Shown here piece by piece: positions 18,384-26,162 of a DNA stretch of 50,969 nucleotides. This stretch comes from a virus (lineage: Duplodnaviria > Caudoviricetes). The notes under the pieces were generated by a model. That model did not search any database. It was not told where the DNA came from and saw only the letters and a list, made by a program, of their open reading frames with translations. The stretch spans positions 1 through 50,969 of the IMG/VR virus record IMGVR_UViG_3300025486_000003. One strand, given 5' to 3'. The position numbers and the translations under genes were made by a program. Position 1 is the first letter of the stretch. The number at the start of each line of letters is the position of its first letter.

Positions 18384-18836
18384 TTGGCTAAGGTTAAACT
18401 ATCGAAAACTACATTTGAAAATCTGGTTAAACACTTGGTGGAAATCGAGGAGGGGAAGAAAAAGCTTCTTGAGGAATACTACCCGGAACAGTCAACGGAA
18501 CGTAATGAAATAGAGATGCTTGTGGAAGATTATATCAAACGTGTTGAACAACTTATTATAAATGCGAGTAAGGCGCAAACCACAGACAACAAAATTCCCT
18601 TTGTTACCATAGGTAGCGAAGTGGAAATACAAGATTTATTCGACCAAGAAATCTTTGAGTACCGCATAGTGAGTCCCTTCCGCAGCAGTGTAAGTGCAGG
18701 AGATATTTCATACTTATCGCCGGTTGGCAAGGCATTGTTGTTAAAAAAAGTCGGTGATGAAATAGAAGTTAAAGCACCGGGAGGATTATTCCGCTACAAG
18801 ATTAAATCTATTCAATTGCATGGGGATTGTGTTTGA
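18384..18836 (+). CDS. GreA/GreB/Rnk-family factor lacking the GreA GDLSEN tip
   Basis: TTG start after GGAGGGG; VTIGSEV...YRIV...ISYLSPVGKALL.KKVGDEIEVKAPGG...KIKSI. Confidence 0.85.
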   Translation: MAKVKLSKTTFENLVKHLVEIEEGKKKLLEEYYPEQSTERNEIEMLVEDYIKRVEQLIINASKAQTTDNKIPFVTIGSEVEIQDLFDQEIFEYRIVSPFRSSVSAGDISYLSPVGKALLLKKVGDEIEVKAPGGLFRYKIKSIQLHGDCV

Positions 18837-18875
18837 CAAAATTAACGTACTTGATACTCGGTTAGCAAAATATCT

Positions 18876-18914
18876 GAGAGGGCGCTCGTCACACGGTGGG
18901 CGTCCTTTCACTTT
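18876..18914 (+). terminator. Hairpin downstream of the Gre-like gene
   Basis: 15-bp stem with G-U pairs, GAGAGGGCGCTCGTC-ACAC-GGTGGGCGTCCTTTC; weak U-tract. Confidence 0.45.
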
Positions 18915-18934
18915 GCCAAAAATGAGGTGAAGTG

Positions 18935-19300
18935 ATGCCCTACAAACCCAAGCGGCCCTGCTCCCACCCCGGCTGTCCGAAGCTGACGGACGGCCGGTTC
19001 TGCGAAGAACACGCCAAGCAGGAAGCAAAACGATACGAACGCTACCAGTGTGACCCGGCGACGCGCAAGCTCTACGGCCGGACGTGGCGGAAGGTGCGCG
19101 ACCGCTACCGCGCGGCGCATCCGCTTTGCGAACGCTGCTTAGAACGGGGACGGTTTACGCCAACGCAGGAAGTCCACCACATTAAGCCGCTGGCGCAAGG
19201 CGGCACCAACGACAACGATAACCTCATGTCTTTGTGTACTTCCTGCCACTCGAAGATAACCGCCAGGGAAGGCGGACGCTGGCAGAGACGCTTAGAATAA
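18935..19300 (+). CDS. Terminase-associated HNH endonuclease
   Basis: MPYKPKRPC..PGC, PLCERC, EVHHIKPL..GGT...NLMSLC.SCH. Confidence 0.9.
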   Translation: MPYKPKRPCSHPGCPKLTDGRFCEEHAKQEAKRYERYQCDPATRKLYGRTWRKVRDRYRAAHPLCERCLERGRFTPTQEVHHIKPLAQGGTNDNDNLMSLCTSCHSKITAREGGRWQRRLE

Positions 19301-19567
19301 ATCGCTGTGGGTACCCGTGCGGGTCAGCGTAAGAACAAGAACATCTTTCTCAATGCGATAGATAAGCAACCAATCGGGCTGGATATGACATTCCCGATGC
19401 CCGGCATAGTTACCAGTCAGTTCATGGTCGCGGTTGTTCGAAGGAAGCGGGATGCCCTGTGCCAACTTCGCGATGATTTCATCAAGCAAGGACATATCCA
19501 AGTTACGTTTTTCCATCAGCTTGTAGTCCTTGCGGAATCTGTTTGTGGGTTTGACGGTATATTTCAT
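19292..19567 (-). CDS. yafQ: YafQ-family toxin
   Basis: FRKDYK, RDHELTGNYAGHRECHIQPDWLLIY, RTGTHSDLF. Confidence 0.92.
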   Translation of the reverse strand: MKYTVKPTNRFRKDYKLMEKRNLDMSLLDEIIAKLAQGIPLPSNNRDHELTGNYAGHRECHIQPDWLLIYRIEKDVLVLTLTRTGTHSDLF

Positions 19568-19836
19568 GCTTTCAAATCTTTAAACAGCGCGTCAAGATCG
19601 GTGTAACCCCTTACGTTTGGGTCGCGAGCAATGGCTTCCGCTTCTCTCATTGCCGCGATTGTTTCCGCGCTCGGAACACGGGAAATCTCAAACGGGATTC
19701 CTTGGCTGCGTACAGCCTGACGAAGAAACATAGTCATAGCTGTGGTCATATTGAGGCCCAAGTCCGAGAAAAGTTCTTCGGCCTGCTTCTTAAGTTGAAC
19801 ATCTATCCGGATGCTGATATTTGTAGTTTCACTCAT
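19564..19836 (-). CDS. dinJ: DinJ/RelB-family antitoxin
   Basis: ISIRID.QLKKQAEELFSDLGLNMTTAMTMFLRQAVR.QGIPF; AGGAG RBS; 4-bp overlap with the toxin gene. Confidence 0.9.
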   Translation of the reverse strand: MSETTNISIRIDVQLKKQAEELFSDLGLNMTTAMTMFLRQAVRSQGIPFEISRVPSAETIAAMREAEAIARDPNVRGYTDLDALFKDLKA

Positions 19837-19869
19837 GGCATTGCACTCCTTTCGCTGCTTAGTATATTC

Positions 19870-19898
19870 AGCATACTGCATGATATGCACGTTGTCAA
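19870..19898 (-). promoter_or_regulatory. TA operon promoter with a palindromic operator in the spacer
   Basis: Minus strand TTGACA-N17-TATGCT; TGCAT-N3-ATGCA at 19877-19889. Confidence 0.6.
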
Positions 19899-19912
19899 TA
19901 CAAGCCAAAAAG

Positions 19913-20010
19913 TGTGCGTCCGGTAGGGGCGGTCAAAATCTCTACAATCTTCGCCCCGGGCAACGGGCGTGGCCCACCGCGTGAAAAAATACCGGTTCAA
20001 ACGGGGGATT
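19913..20010. other. Candidate cos region
   Basis: Non-coding GC-rich stretch (GGGGCGGTCAAAATCTCT...) just upstream of terS in an HNH/TerS/TerL phage; positional inference only. Confidence 0.35.
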
Positions 20011-20041
20011 AACCCCTACCACAGCAAGGAGGTGAAGGCGC

Positions 20042-20629
20042 GTGGCAAAAGACGGAACAAACAGGGGCGGCCGCCGCGTCCGCGCCGGGGACAAACCGCA
20101 GCCCCTTGCGGAAAAAATCACGGCTGGCAAGGCCGCACGGATTCTGGAAGCCCCGGAACTGCCTCCTGAGTCGCTGCTTGAAGCTGGCGAACTAGGTGAT
20201 GCAGCCGCTTTATATGGCGAGGATATGCCTGCGCCAAGCGATTATCTTAGCGCAAGGCAAAAAGACGGCAAGCCGCTTGGCGCAGACGCGCTGTTTATTG
20301 AAACTTGGAGCTGGCTTAAAGAGCGCGGGTGTGAGAAGTTCGTTAACCCCCGGCTGATTGAAGCATATGCACAGGCCTTCACGCGCTATATCCAGTGCGA
20401 GGAAGCAATCAGCACCTACGGGCTTTTGGGCAAGCACCCGACTACAGGCGGCGCGATGAGCAGCCCGTTTGTGCAGATGAGCCAGTCGTTTCAGAAACAG
20501 GCAAATCTCATCTGGTATGAGATTTTTGACATCGTCAAGCAAAACTGCACCACAGCATTTGTGGGCAATCCGCAGGACGACATTATGGAAGCGCTGCTCT
20601 CTGGCAGGAAAGGTGGGAGGAACAAATGA
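20042..20629 (+). CDS. terS: Terminase small subunit (P27 family)
   Basis: MAKDGTNRGGRR..AG.K, YGLLGKHPTTG...SPFV.MS; AAGGAGG RBS. Confidence 0.85.
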   Translation: MAKDGTNRGGRRVRAGDKPQPLAEKITAGKAARILEAPELPPESLLEAGELGDAAALYGEDMPAPSDYLSARQKDGKPLGADALFIETWSWLKERGCEKFVNPRLIEAYAQAFTRYIQCEEAISTYGLLGKHPTTGGAMSSPFVQMSQSFQKQANLIWYEIFDIVKQNCTTAFVGNPQDDIMEALLSGRKGGRNK

Positions 20630-21879
20630 TACTCGCCAAGCGGTCTGAAGTAGTAAAAATTGATAAAATTGTGCCGTATGCTCGAAATGCCAGAACGCAC
20701 AGCAAAGAGCAAATAGCTCAGATTCGTGCCAGCTTTCGAGAATTCGGTGTGGTCGCGCCGCTGGTTGTTGATGAGAAATACAATCTGCTTGTAGGCCATG
20801 GGCGACTTGTTGCGGCGCGTGCGGAAGGGTTAACCGAACTAAACTGTATTGTGGTCGAGCATCTGACCGAAGCTCAGAAACGTGCTTACATCATTGCCGA
20901 CAACCGCCTTGCGCTAAACGCAGGCTGGGATGATGAGCTCCTTGCAATTGAGATAGCTGACCTGCAGGGTTCTGACTTTGATATCACACTCCTTGGCTTT
21001 AACGATGCGGAACTGAATAAGCTGATGGGTGGGCTTGAGGACGTTAAGGACGATGAATTTGACCTTTCAGCGGCTCTGGAAGAAGCAGCATTCGTTAAGC
21101 GCGGCGACGTCTGGACACTTGGAAGGCACAGGCTGATTTGTGGCGACGCGACCATTGCAGAAGATGTACATCTGCTTATGGACGGCCGCAAGGCAAACCT
21201 TGTCTTGACCGATCCTCCGTACAACGTGGCATTCGAGTCAGCCAGCGGGCTGAAAATAAAGAATGACAGTATGAAAGCAGAACAGTTTTACAGCTTCCTG
21301 CTCTCAGCATTCAAATGCTTTTACGAGAACCTTGCTGACGGCGGGGCTTTTTACTGCTTCCATTCGGATTCGGAAAAGGTGAATTTTTTCCGCGCCTGTG
21401 TGGACGCGGGCTTCCATTACTCCACCACTTGCATCTGGGTGAAAAACGCCCTAGTGCTTAGTCGTAGCGACTACCACCAGAGACACGAGCCCGTGCTCTA
21501 TGCCTTCAAAAATACCACCAAGCACAAGTGGTACTCCGACCGCAAGCAGACCACGGTTTGGAACTTCGCCAAGCCGAAGAAAAACGAAAATCATCCAAAT
21601 TCAAAGCCCCTTGACCTACTTGCTTATCCCATAACCAATAGCAGCCAGGCAAACGCCATCGTGCTCGACACCTTCGGCGGGAGCGGTTCTACCCTTATCG
21701 CCTGCGAGCAGCTTGACCGCACCTGTTTCATGCTCGAAATTGACGAGAAGTACGCAAGCGTCATCCTGCGAAGATACGCCCAGTTCAAGCAGAACAGTGG
21801 CGAAGACATCACCTGCGAGCGAGGCGGCCAAGTGCTCAGCTACGCCGAATTGGTGAAGGAGGTGGCTGACCGTGGATAG
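20626..21879 (+). CDS. ParB-like domain plus N4/N6 DNA methyltransferase
   Basis: PYARNARTH, GHGR, ADNR (ParB); TDPPYN, HP.SKP, LDTFGGSGSTLIA. Confidence 0.9.
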   Translation: MILAKRSEVVKIDKIVPYARNARTHSKEQIAQIRASFREFGVVAPLVVDEKYNLLVGHGRLVAARAEGLTELNCIVVEHLTEAQKRAYIIADNRLALNAGWDDELLAIEIADLQGSDFDITLLGFNDAELNKLMGGLEDVKDDEFDLSAALEEAAFVKRGDVWTLGRHRLICGDATIAEDVHLLMDGRKANLVLTDPPYNVAFESASGLKIKNDSMKAEQFYSFLLSAFKCFYENLADGGAFYCFHSDSEKVNFFRACVDAGFHYSTTCIWVKNALVLSRSDYHQRHEPVLYAFKNTTKHKWYSDRKQTTVWNFAKPKKNENHPNSKPLDLLAYPITNSSQANAIVLDTFGGSGSTLIACEQLDRTCFMLEIDEKYASVILRRYAQFKQNSGEDITCERGGQVLSYAELVKEVADRG

Positions 21880-23815
21880 GAAAATGACACTCGGCTCCCT
21901 CTTCGACGGCTCTGGTGGCTTTCCGCTCGGAGCACTTTTAACTGGCATCGAACCGCTCTGGGCTTCGGAAGTGGAGCCGTTTCCGATTCTGGTCACCACC
22001 AAGCGGATACCGAAAATGAAGCATTACGGGGACATCAGACAGATTAACGGTTCGAAGATTGAGCCTGTGGACATTATCTCCTTCGGCTCGCCCTGCACTG
22101 ATATGTCGGTCGCCGGCAAGCGAGCAGGCCTGGACGGAAAACAATCCGTTCTTTTTTATGAAGCAATCAGGATCATTACGGAAATGAGGTGCGCGACAAA
22201 TGGGCGTTATCCAAGATTCATCCTCTGGGAAAATGTACCCGGTGCGTTTTCCTCAAACAAAGGCGCCGATTTCAAGGCAGTCCTTGAGGCGATCATCCGG
22301 ATCGCCGAGCCGGAAGCCGAGGTGCCTGCGCCTAAAAACGGCCGATGGTCTTACGCAGACATACTTTTGGGAAACGGATGGAGCGTGGCATACAGAACTA
22401 TCGACGCGCAATTTTTCGGAGTCGCCCAACGCCGCAAGAGAATCTATCTTGTCGCAGATTTTGGAAGCGAAAACGCCGGAGAAATACTCTTTGAGCCCGA
22501 AGGCGTGTCAAGGGATTTTGCGCCGTGCAGCTCTCCGGGGCAAAGAACTGCCGGAGATGCTCAAAAATGCACTGGAGCATCAGGCAATAGCGTGACCTGC
22601 CTCAACGACCAAGGCGGCAGTATACTGTCGGTTACTGAAAACGTCACTGGTACGCTCCGTGCCCAAGAACATGGGCATCAGCCTTGCGTTATGCAATCGA
22701 GCGGCTTTTGCACAGAACACAGTTCAAAAAGCCGTGGTGTAGGCTATGAAAAGGAAAAAAGCCCTACGCTTCGGGCAGGCGTTGTCCCCGGTGCGGTAAT
22801 GTCATTTGAACCGGGCGCCGTTTCCCGTATCGGCGGCCATACTGTTGAAAACTTAAGCGGATCTCTCCGGGCAAAAATGGGAGACAACCAAACCGCTGTC
22901 GCGATTGAAAACCATCCCACGGACGGCCGGTGCAAAATCGAAGCAGACGGCAAAGTGCAGACTCTTACCTCCCGTATGGGTACGGGTGGGATGAATGTTC
23001 CGCTTGTGATAGGCGAAAGGCCAAAAAGACTCAAAATCCGTTCCGGCTGTGAAGGCGGCCAAAAAGGCGCACTGGTGCAAGAAGATATATCCGCAACCCT
23101 TGGATACAATAACGACCAGACTGTTATCGTGCCCACCGCTTACGGGATTTGTTCTAATGACAGCAACTCCATGAAGTCGGACAACCCGCATAGCGGTATT
23201 TATGAAGCGACAACATCGCGTACCATCGATGCCAATGGCGGAAATCCCGGGTGCAACCAAGGTGGCATAGCAGTTGTCGCACTCCAAGGCTCCATGATCG
23301 GCCGTGATGATAAGAACGGTCCCCAAGGCAGTGGCGTTAATGAGGACATTAGTTTCTCCCTCACCGCCGCCGACCGCCATGCAGTGGCCTATGCCATGAC
23401 CACGGGCAGCTTCGCCGAGGTGCATGCGGAGAGAGCCGCCACGCTGCTGGCACGGGACTATAAAGATGTGCAAATTGTGAACCGGCCGCAGTATACCGTC
23501 CGCAGGCTCACGCCCACGGAGTGCGCCAGGCTGCAGGGTTTTCCTGACTGGTGGTGCTCGGATTTGGAAACTGCCGAGCCTACCGAAGAGGATATCGTTT
23601 TTTGGGCGGAAGTCTGGGAAATCCACCGTCTTATTATGGGCGTGTCCTCAAAGCCAAAGAGCCGGAATCAGATAATTAAGTGGTTGCAGAACCCATATTC
23701 CGATTCTGCAGAATATAAGATGTGGGGCGCTGGGGTGGCTTTACCGTGCGTGATTTTTGTCCTCGGCGGGATTGTAGAATTAATAGAAGGTGGTGGGCAA
23801 CATGGCAATAAATAA
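21872..23815 (+). CDS. C5 cytosine DNA methyltransferase with an expanded variable region
   Basis: LFDGSGG, GSPC, ENV, QRRKR, RRLTP.EC.RLQGFP; 647 aa. Confidence 0.9.
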   Translation: MDRKMTLGSLFDGSGGFPLGALLTGIEPLWASEVEPFPILVTTKRIPKMKHYGDIRQINGSKIEPVDIISFGSPCTDMSVAGKRAGLDGKQSVLFYEAIRIITEMRCATNGRYPRFILWENVPGAFSSNKGADFKAVLEAIIRIAEPEAEVPAPKNGRWSYADILLGNGWSVAYRTIDAQFFGVAQRRKRIYLVADFGSENAGEILFEPEGVSRDFAPCSSPGQRTAGDAQKCTGASGNSVTCLNDQGGSILSVTENVTGTLRAQEHGHQPCVMQSSGFCTEHSSKSRGVGYEKEKSPTLRAGVVPGAVMSFEPGAVSRIGGHTVENLSGSLRAKMGDNQTAVAIENHPTDGRCKIEADGKVQTLTSRMGTGGMNVPLVIGERPKRLKIRSGCEGGQKGALVQEDISATLGYNNDQTVIVPTAYGICSNDSNSMKSDNPHSGIYEATTSRTIDANGGNPGCNQGGIAVVALQGSMIGRDDKNGPQGSGVNEDISFSLTAADRHAVAYAMTTGSFAEVHAERAATLLARDYKDVQIVNRPQYTVRRLTPTECARLQGFPDWWCSDLETAEPTEEDIVFWAEVWEIHRLIMGVSSKPKSRNQIIKWLQNPYSDSAEYKMWGAGVALPCVIFVLGGIVELIEGGGQHGNK

Positions 23816-23847
23816 AATTTTGTTCTCTTACAACGAGGTGGGTGCGG

Positions 23848-24735
23848 ATGAGAGTCGGACTGGTTGATATTGATGGCCACAATTACCCCAACCTGGCGTT
23901 AATGAAGCTCTCGGCACACTTTAAGGCAACAGGTCACGAGGTTAAATTGGCAACACCGGATAATATAAAAGACTTTGACTGCGGATTCGCAAGCAAGGTC
24001 TTTTCCTTTACGCTCATGCCGGAATTACCTGACTGGGTTGAAGTAGGCGGTTCGGGTATCAATCTGAAAGTGGCTTTGCCTGATGAGGTTGAGCACCTGT
24101 GTCCGGATTATGATTTATATGATCTCGATTATTCGTTGGGCTTCCTGACGCGTGGTTGCATTCGAAACTGTGGGTGGTGCATTGTCCCTGAAAAGGAAGG
24201 GCCGATTCAGGTTCATGCTGATATTACCGATTTTGCCAAGCACCGGGACGTAGTTCTGATGGACAACAATGTGCTAGCCCATGATCATGGAATCAGGCAG
24301 CTTGAAAAGATTGCTGGATTGGGACTGCGCGTGGATTTTAATCAGGGGCTGGATGCCCGTCTGATTGACGACGCAACGGCTCGACTTCTAGCGAAGGTCA
24401 AGTGGCTGACGCCGATTCGTCTTGCCTGTGATAGCCAAGCGATGATGCCTTATATACAAAAAGCGGTTAACTTGCTGCGCTGGTACAACGCCACGCCGCG
24501 TGCCTATTTTGTATATGTTCTCGTTAAAGACATCCCCGAGGCCATGGAGCGCGTTCGCTTTTTGAAAGGTCTGAACGTAGACCCGTTTGCACAGCCCTAC
24601 CGAGACTTCCGGACAAATATCGAACCCACGAAGGAACAGAAAGCTTTCGCACGGTGGGTTAACCATAAGGCTATTTTCAAGTCGGTACTGTGGGAGGATT
24701 ACCGTAGCCAATATATACACATGTCAAAGATATAA
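23848..24735 (+). CDS. Radical SAM protein
   Basis: TRGCIRNCGWC (CxxxCxxC), DNNVLA, VDFNQGLDARL. Confidence 0.85.
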   Translation: MRVGLVDIDGHNYPNLALMKLSAHFKATGHEVKLATPDNIKDFDCGFASKVFSFTLMPELPDWVEVGGSGINLKVALPDEVEHLCPDYDLYDLDYSLGFLTRGCIRNCGWCIVPEKEGPIQVHADITDFAKHRDVVLMDNNVLAHDHGIRQLEKIAGLGLRVDFNQGLDARLIDDATARLLAKVKWLTPIRLACDSQAMMPYIQKAVNLLRWYNATPRAYFVYVLVKDIPEAMERVRFLKGLNVDPFAQPYRDFRTNIEPTKEQKAFARWVNHKAIFKSVLWEDYRSQYIHMSKI

Positions 24736-24768
24736 CTTGCTAATTTACAGCTTTAGAGTGATCTATGT
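24735..24768 (+). promoter_or_regulatory. Second repeated intergenic motif, copy 1
   Basis: ACTTGCTAAT-N7-TTTAGAGTGATCTATGT; similar copy at 50146-50178. Confidence 0.5.
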
Positions 24769-24799
24769 AAGCACCAAAGAAATTAAGGAGGCTTACAAA

Positions 24800-25663
24800 A
24801 TGGATTTAAAGTACAACGTTATTGGCGCGCGCCGCAAGGAACTGGTCAAGGCAGTAGCTGAAATTATTGGCTCGGAGCCTGTCTACAAGGCAGCTCCGAC
24901 ATTTAGCTACGAGGTAGGCGGCTACCACATTGACAAGAACGGCGTGGTTACAGGTCCAGACAACCTTGACCTTGAGGCAGGCCTACATGCTCTCCACGGC
25001 TTTGAAGCAGCGGAACGCGAATATGACAACCCCGATACCTACGAGAGCGCGCTTGGCGGAATGAGTGCGAACCCTTCTATCGAAGAGCTAAACGAGCTTT
25101 GGGCAGAAAGCGAAATGCGCCGCATGAAACTTGAAGACGCAAACGTTCCCGATTACTCAAATCGTGGACAGTACGGCGGGGATGATATTTCTGCCTTTGA
25201 CGAGGGAGAGGAAGTCGACTCTGACGACCACTGCGACACGCTGACTATCGAGATGCCGCTTGCGGGTTTTACCGATGCGGCGTTTGAGAACCTTGAGCGG
25301 CTAATTGCAAGCAAGGCGGCGCTGATCAAAAAAGCTATCGGCGCGGAAGCACTCCCTATCGAGCGCACGGAAACGACGCTCAGGTTTCCATGGTTTAAGT
25401 TTGGCATAGACGGCGCAACAGTCGCCGCCTACTCCCGATTTATCGGTGCACTTTATGCGGCGGCGAAAGTCCAGAAGCGCGTCACCGGCAGGGAAAAGCC
25501 GGTGGAGAACGAAAAGTACGCCATGAGATGCTTCCTCCTCCGCCTCGGCTTTGTGGGCGATGCGTACAAAGATGCGCGGAAAATTTTATTGAAAAACCTC
25601 TCCGGAAGCAGCGCTTTTAAGAGCGGCGCCCGATCTAAGGCGGAGGTGTCCGCTGATGAATAA
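24800..25663 (+). CDS. Conserved prophage protein (the so-called virulence-related type)
   Basis: AAGGAGG RBS; RKELVKAV...PTFSYEVG; NEKYAMRCFLLRLGFVG..YK..RK.LL.NLSGSSAFK. Confidence 0.75.
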   Translation: MDLKYNVIGARRKELVKAVAEIIGSEPVYKAAPTFSYEVGGYHIDKNGVVTGPDNLDLEAGLHALHGFEAAEREYDNPDTYESALGGMSANPSIEELNELWAESEMRRMKLEDANVPDYSNRGQYGGDDISAFDEGEEVDSDDHCDTLTIEMPLAGFTDAAFENLERLIASKAALIKKAIGAEALPIERTETTLRFPWFKFGIDGATVAAYSRFIGALYAAAKVQKRVTGREKPVENEKYAMRCFLLRLGFVGDAYKDARKILLKNLSGSSAFKSGARSKAEVSADE

Positions 25664-25907
25664 GTTCCCCTCTAAGGAAACGGTGGAGCGCCTGCGCGAA
25701 GAGTATCCTCAAGGCACCCGCGTGGAACTTGTCAGGATGAACGACCCCTTCTCTAAGCTGAAGCCAGGCGTCAATGGGATCGTTGATTTTATCGACGACG
25801 CTGGGAGCATATTTTGTATCTGGGACTCTGGCTCCACCCTCGGCGTGGTGTATGGTGAGGACGTGGTGAAAAAGCTGTCGGCCGAAAAAGGAGGAAACAG
25901 CCTGTGA
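25656..25907 (+). CDS. DUF4314-family protein
   Basis: YPQGTRVELVRMNDP...G.V..IDDAG.I...WDSGSTLGVVYGED. Confidence 0.8.
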   Translation: MNKFPSKETVERLREEYPQGTRVELVRMNDPFSKLKPGVNGIVDFIDDAGSIFCIWDSGSTLGVVYGEDVVKKLSAEKGGNSL

Positions 25908-26086
25908 CTGATAAGGTGAAAGAGCAAATCCTCTCCATCCGGGCAAGCGGCACCACAAGTATGTTTGATGTGCCGCGCGTCCAGCGCGAAGCATTCTTGC
26001 GCGGCTTCTACGAGCTGGTGTGTTACCTGGAGGAGCACAAAGCTAAGTACAGCCGCTTTATCCTGACAGGTGAGGCGGATGAATAA
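25904..26086 (+). CDS. DUF5049-family protein
   Basis: VKEQILSIRASG.TSMFD...VQR.A...GFYELV.YLEE....Y..FILTG. Confidence 0.8.
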   Translation: MTDKVKEQILSIRASGTTSMFDVPRVQREAFLRGFYELVCYLEEHKAKYSRFILTGEADE

Positions 26087-26105
26087 CTTATAAGTGGGCA
26101 AAGGC

Positions 26106-26135
26106 AAGGGGCTTCCTCGGAGGCTCTTTTCTTTT
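26106..26135 (+). terminator. Intrinsic terminator after the DUF5049 gene
   Basis: AAGGGGCTTC-CTCG-GAGGCTCTT followed by TTCTTTT. Confidence 0.6.
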
Positions 26136-26162
26136 GCCCGTTTTGGGAACGGAGGCGGCAGT

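Noticed and set aside
22853-23626. 257-aa antisense ORF in the C5 MTase, and a similar one at 37400-38173
   Set aside because: They overlap well-supported genes on the opposite strand and have no recognisable features.
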